The notes beneath the pieces were generated by a model, which saw only the letters and a list, made by a program, of their open reading frames with translations, did no database searches and was not told where the DNA came from. A DNA stretch of 44,087 nucleotides, taken from contig JBBDNM010000073.1 in the NCBI GenBank assembly GCA_040877595.1, positions 1 through 44,087 on the forward strand, read 5' to 3'. The DNA comes from Gemmatimonadales bacterium (lineage in GTDB: Bacteria > Gemmatimonadota > Gemmatimonadetes > Gemmatimonadales > GWC2-71-9). Shown in pieces: positions 42,605 to 44,087 of this stretch (position 1 is its first letter; each line of letters opens with the position of its first letter). The position numbers and the translations under genes were made by a program.

Positions 42605-44087
42605 ATGACTGACGTCGCCGGCATCTTCGACACCCTCGACTACGGTCCCGCGCCGGAAAGCCCGGAGCTCGCCAAGGCGTGGCTCACACAGCACAGGGCC
42701 AAGTTCGACCTGTTCATCGGCGGTGGATGGAAACAACCCGCCAAGGGCACGTGGTTCGCCACGCACAACCCCGCGACAGGAAAAGAGATTGCGCAGATCG
42801 CGCAGGGTGAGGCGGCGGATGTGGATGTCGCGGTGGCCGCAGCGCGTCGGGCGCAGCCGGCGTGGGAAGCGCTTGGTGGACACGGGCGCGCGCGATACCT
42901 GTATGCGATTGCGCGACATCTCCAGAAACACAGCCGATTGTTCTCGGTCTTGGAGACCATGGACAATGGCAAGCCGATCCGTGAGGCGCGCGACATTGAT
43001 ATCCCACTCGTCGCGCGCCACTTCTATCATCATGCCGGTTGGGCTCAGCTCCGTGACGAGGTACTCCCCGGCTACGAGCCGGTAGGCGTGATCGGCCAGA
43101 TCATCCCGTGGAACTTCCCGCTGCTCATGCTGTCATGGAAAATCGCGCCGGCGCTGGCGTGCGGAAACACGGTGGTCCTCAAGCCCGCAGAGTTCACGTC
43201 GCTCACATCATTGCTGTTTGCCGAAGTGTGTCAGGCGGTGGGCCTGCCCCCGGGTGTCGTAAACATGGTGACGGGCGACGGCCAGACCGGGGCGGCGCTG
43301 GTGGCCCATCCTGATGTCAACAAGATCGCGTTTACGGGTTCGACGGACGTGGGCCGGATCATTCGGACCGCCACGGCGGGCACCGGCAAGAAGCTCTCGC
43401 TTGAGTTGGGCGGGAAGTCGCCGTTTGTCGTGTTTGACGATGCCGACCTGGACAGCGTGGTCGAGGGCGTGGTGGACGCCATCTGGTTCAACCAGGGTCA
43501 GGTGTGCTGTGCGGGCTCGCGGATCCTGGTGCAGGAAGGCGTGGCCGAGCAGCTCACCGCCAAGCTCAAGGCGCGGATGGAGACCCTCCGCATGGGGGAT
43601 CCGCTCGACAAGGCAGTGGATATCGGGGCCATTGTGGCACCGGTGCAGCTCGAGAAGATCACGCAGCTCGTGGAGCAAGGCCGCCGGGAGGGCGCGCAGG
43701 TCTGGCAGCCATCGTGGAGTGTGCCCAAGGACGGGTGGTTCTACCCGCCCACGTTGTGCACCGATGTTTCGCCGGCCGCCACCATCGCGCAGGTGGAGAT
43801 CTTCGGACCGGTGGTGGTGCTCATGACGTTTCGCACACCCGCTGAAGGTGTGGCGATGGCCAACAACACGCGCTACGGCCTTGCCGCGAGCGTGTGGACG
43901 GAGAACATCAACCTGGCGCTGGACGTCGCGCCCAAGATCAAGGCGGGTACGGTCTGGGTGAACTGTACTAACGTGTTTGATGCGGCGAGCGGATTTGGTG
44001 GCTATCGCGAGAGCGGCTTTGGGCGGGAAGGTGGGCTTGAGGGGATCTATGAGTACGTGAAGAAGACGGGAGACGGGAGACGGGAGA
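42605..44087 (+). CDS. Aldehyde dehydrogenase (deoC-associated), 3' end outside the window
   Basis: Absent from the ORF track because it has no stop. Read by hand from ATG 42605: [47 protein letters not shown] and GFGREGG. Confidence 0.92.
   Translation, partial: MTDVAGIFDTLDYGPAPESPELAKAWLTQHRAKFDLFIGGGWKQPAKGTWFATHNPATGKEIAQIAQGEAADVDVAVAAARRAQPAWEALGGHGRARYLYAIARHLQKHSRLFSVLETMDNGKPIREARDIDIPLVARHFYHHAGWAQLRDEVLPGYEPVGVIGQIIPWNFPLLMLSWKIAPALACGNTVVLKPAEFTSLTSLLFAEVCQAVGLPPGVVNMVTGDGQTGAALVAHPDVNKIAFTGSTDVGRIIRTATAGTGKKLSLELGGKSPFVVFDDADLDSVVEGVVDAIWFNQGQVCCAGSRILVQEGVAEQLTAKLKARMETLRMGDPLDKAVDIGAIVAPVQLEKITQLVEQGRREGAQVWQPSWSVPKDGWFYPPTLCTDVSPAATIAQVEIFGPVVVLMTFRTPAEGVAMANNTRYGLAASVWTENINLALDVAPKIKAGTVWVNCTNVFDAASGFGGYRESGFGREGGLEGIYEYVKKTGDGRRE
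44064..44087. repeat. Heptamer array (AGACGGG)x3+, cut by the window end
   Basis: agacggg agacggg agacggg aga, in frame after ...GIYEYVKK. Confidence 0.88.

Overview
GC-rich bacterial chromosomal segment, most consistent with Gemmatimonadota (inferred from 'LADRY...ELGRGGMATV'-type Ser/Thr kinases, a DUF5916 barrel protein and gene style). The window opens on the right end of an IS3-family (IS51/IS6110-like) element and ends inside a heptamer repeat within an aldehyde dehydrogenase gene. It carries about 45 mostly ordinary genes: yggX, an exported dipeptidase/RidA cluster, two Ser/Thr kinases, thrC-thrB, an ECF sigma/anti-sigma/TolC/MacAB-type efflux operon, cardiolipin synthase, an asnB-like amidotransferase, an ArnT-like transferase, nth-polX, several peptidases, an OPT transporter, an acyl-CoA dehydrogenase, a FimT/PilV/PilW/PilX minor-pilin cluster and deoC-aldehyde dehydrogenase. 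The most unusual signal is a ~565 bp cassette at 38239-38802: a four-helix-bundle (23S-IVS/Avd-like) gene enclosed by inverted GGGAGCG-type heptamer arrays, lying antisense between two minus-strand genes. Related 7- and 8-mer arrays recur at six other loci, several translated in frame inside conserved genes and several as inverted pairs. This suggests an uncharacterised repeat-associated mobile or RNA-level system, but the mechanism is inference only. Many gene starts also show a TAnnnT box 5-9 nt before the ATG, a leaderless-transcript signature.
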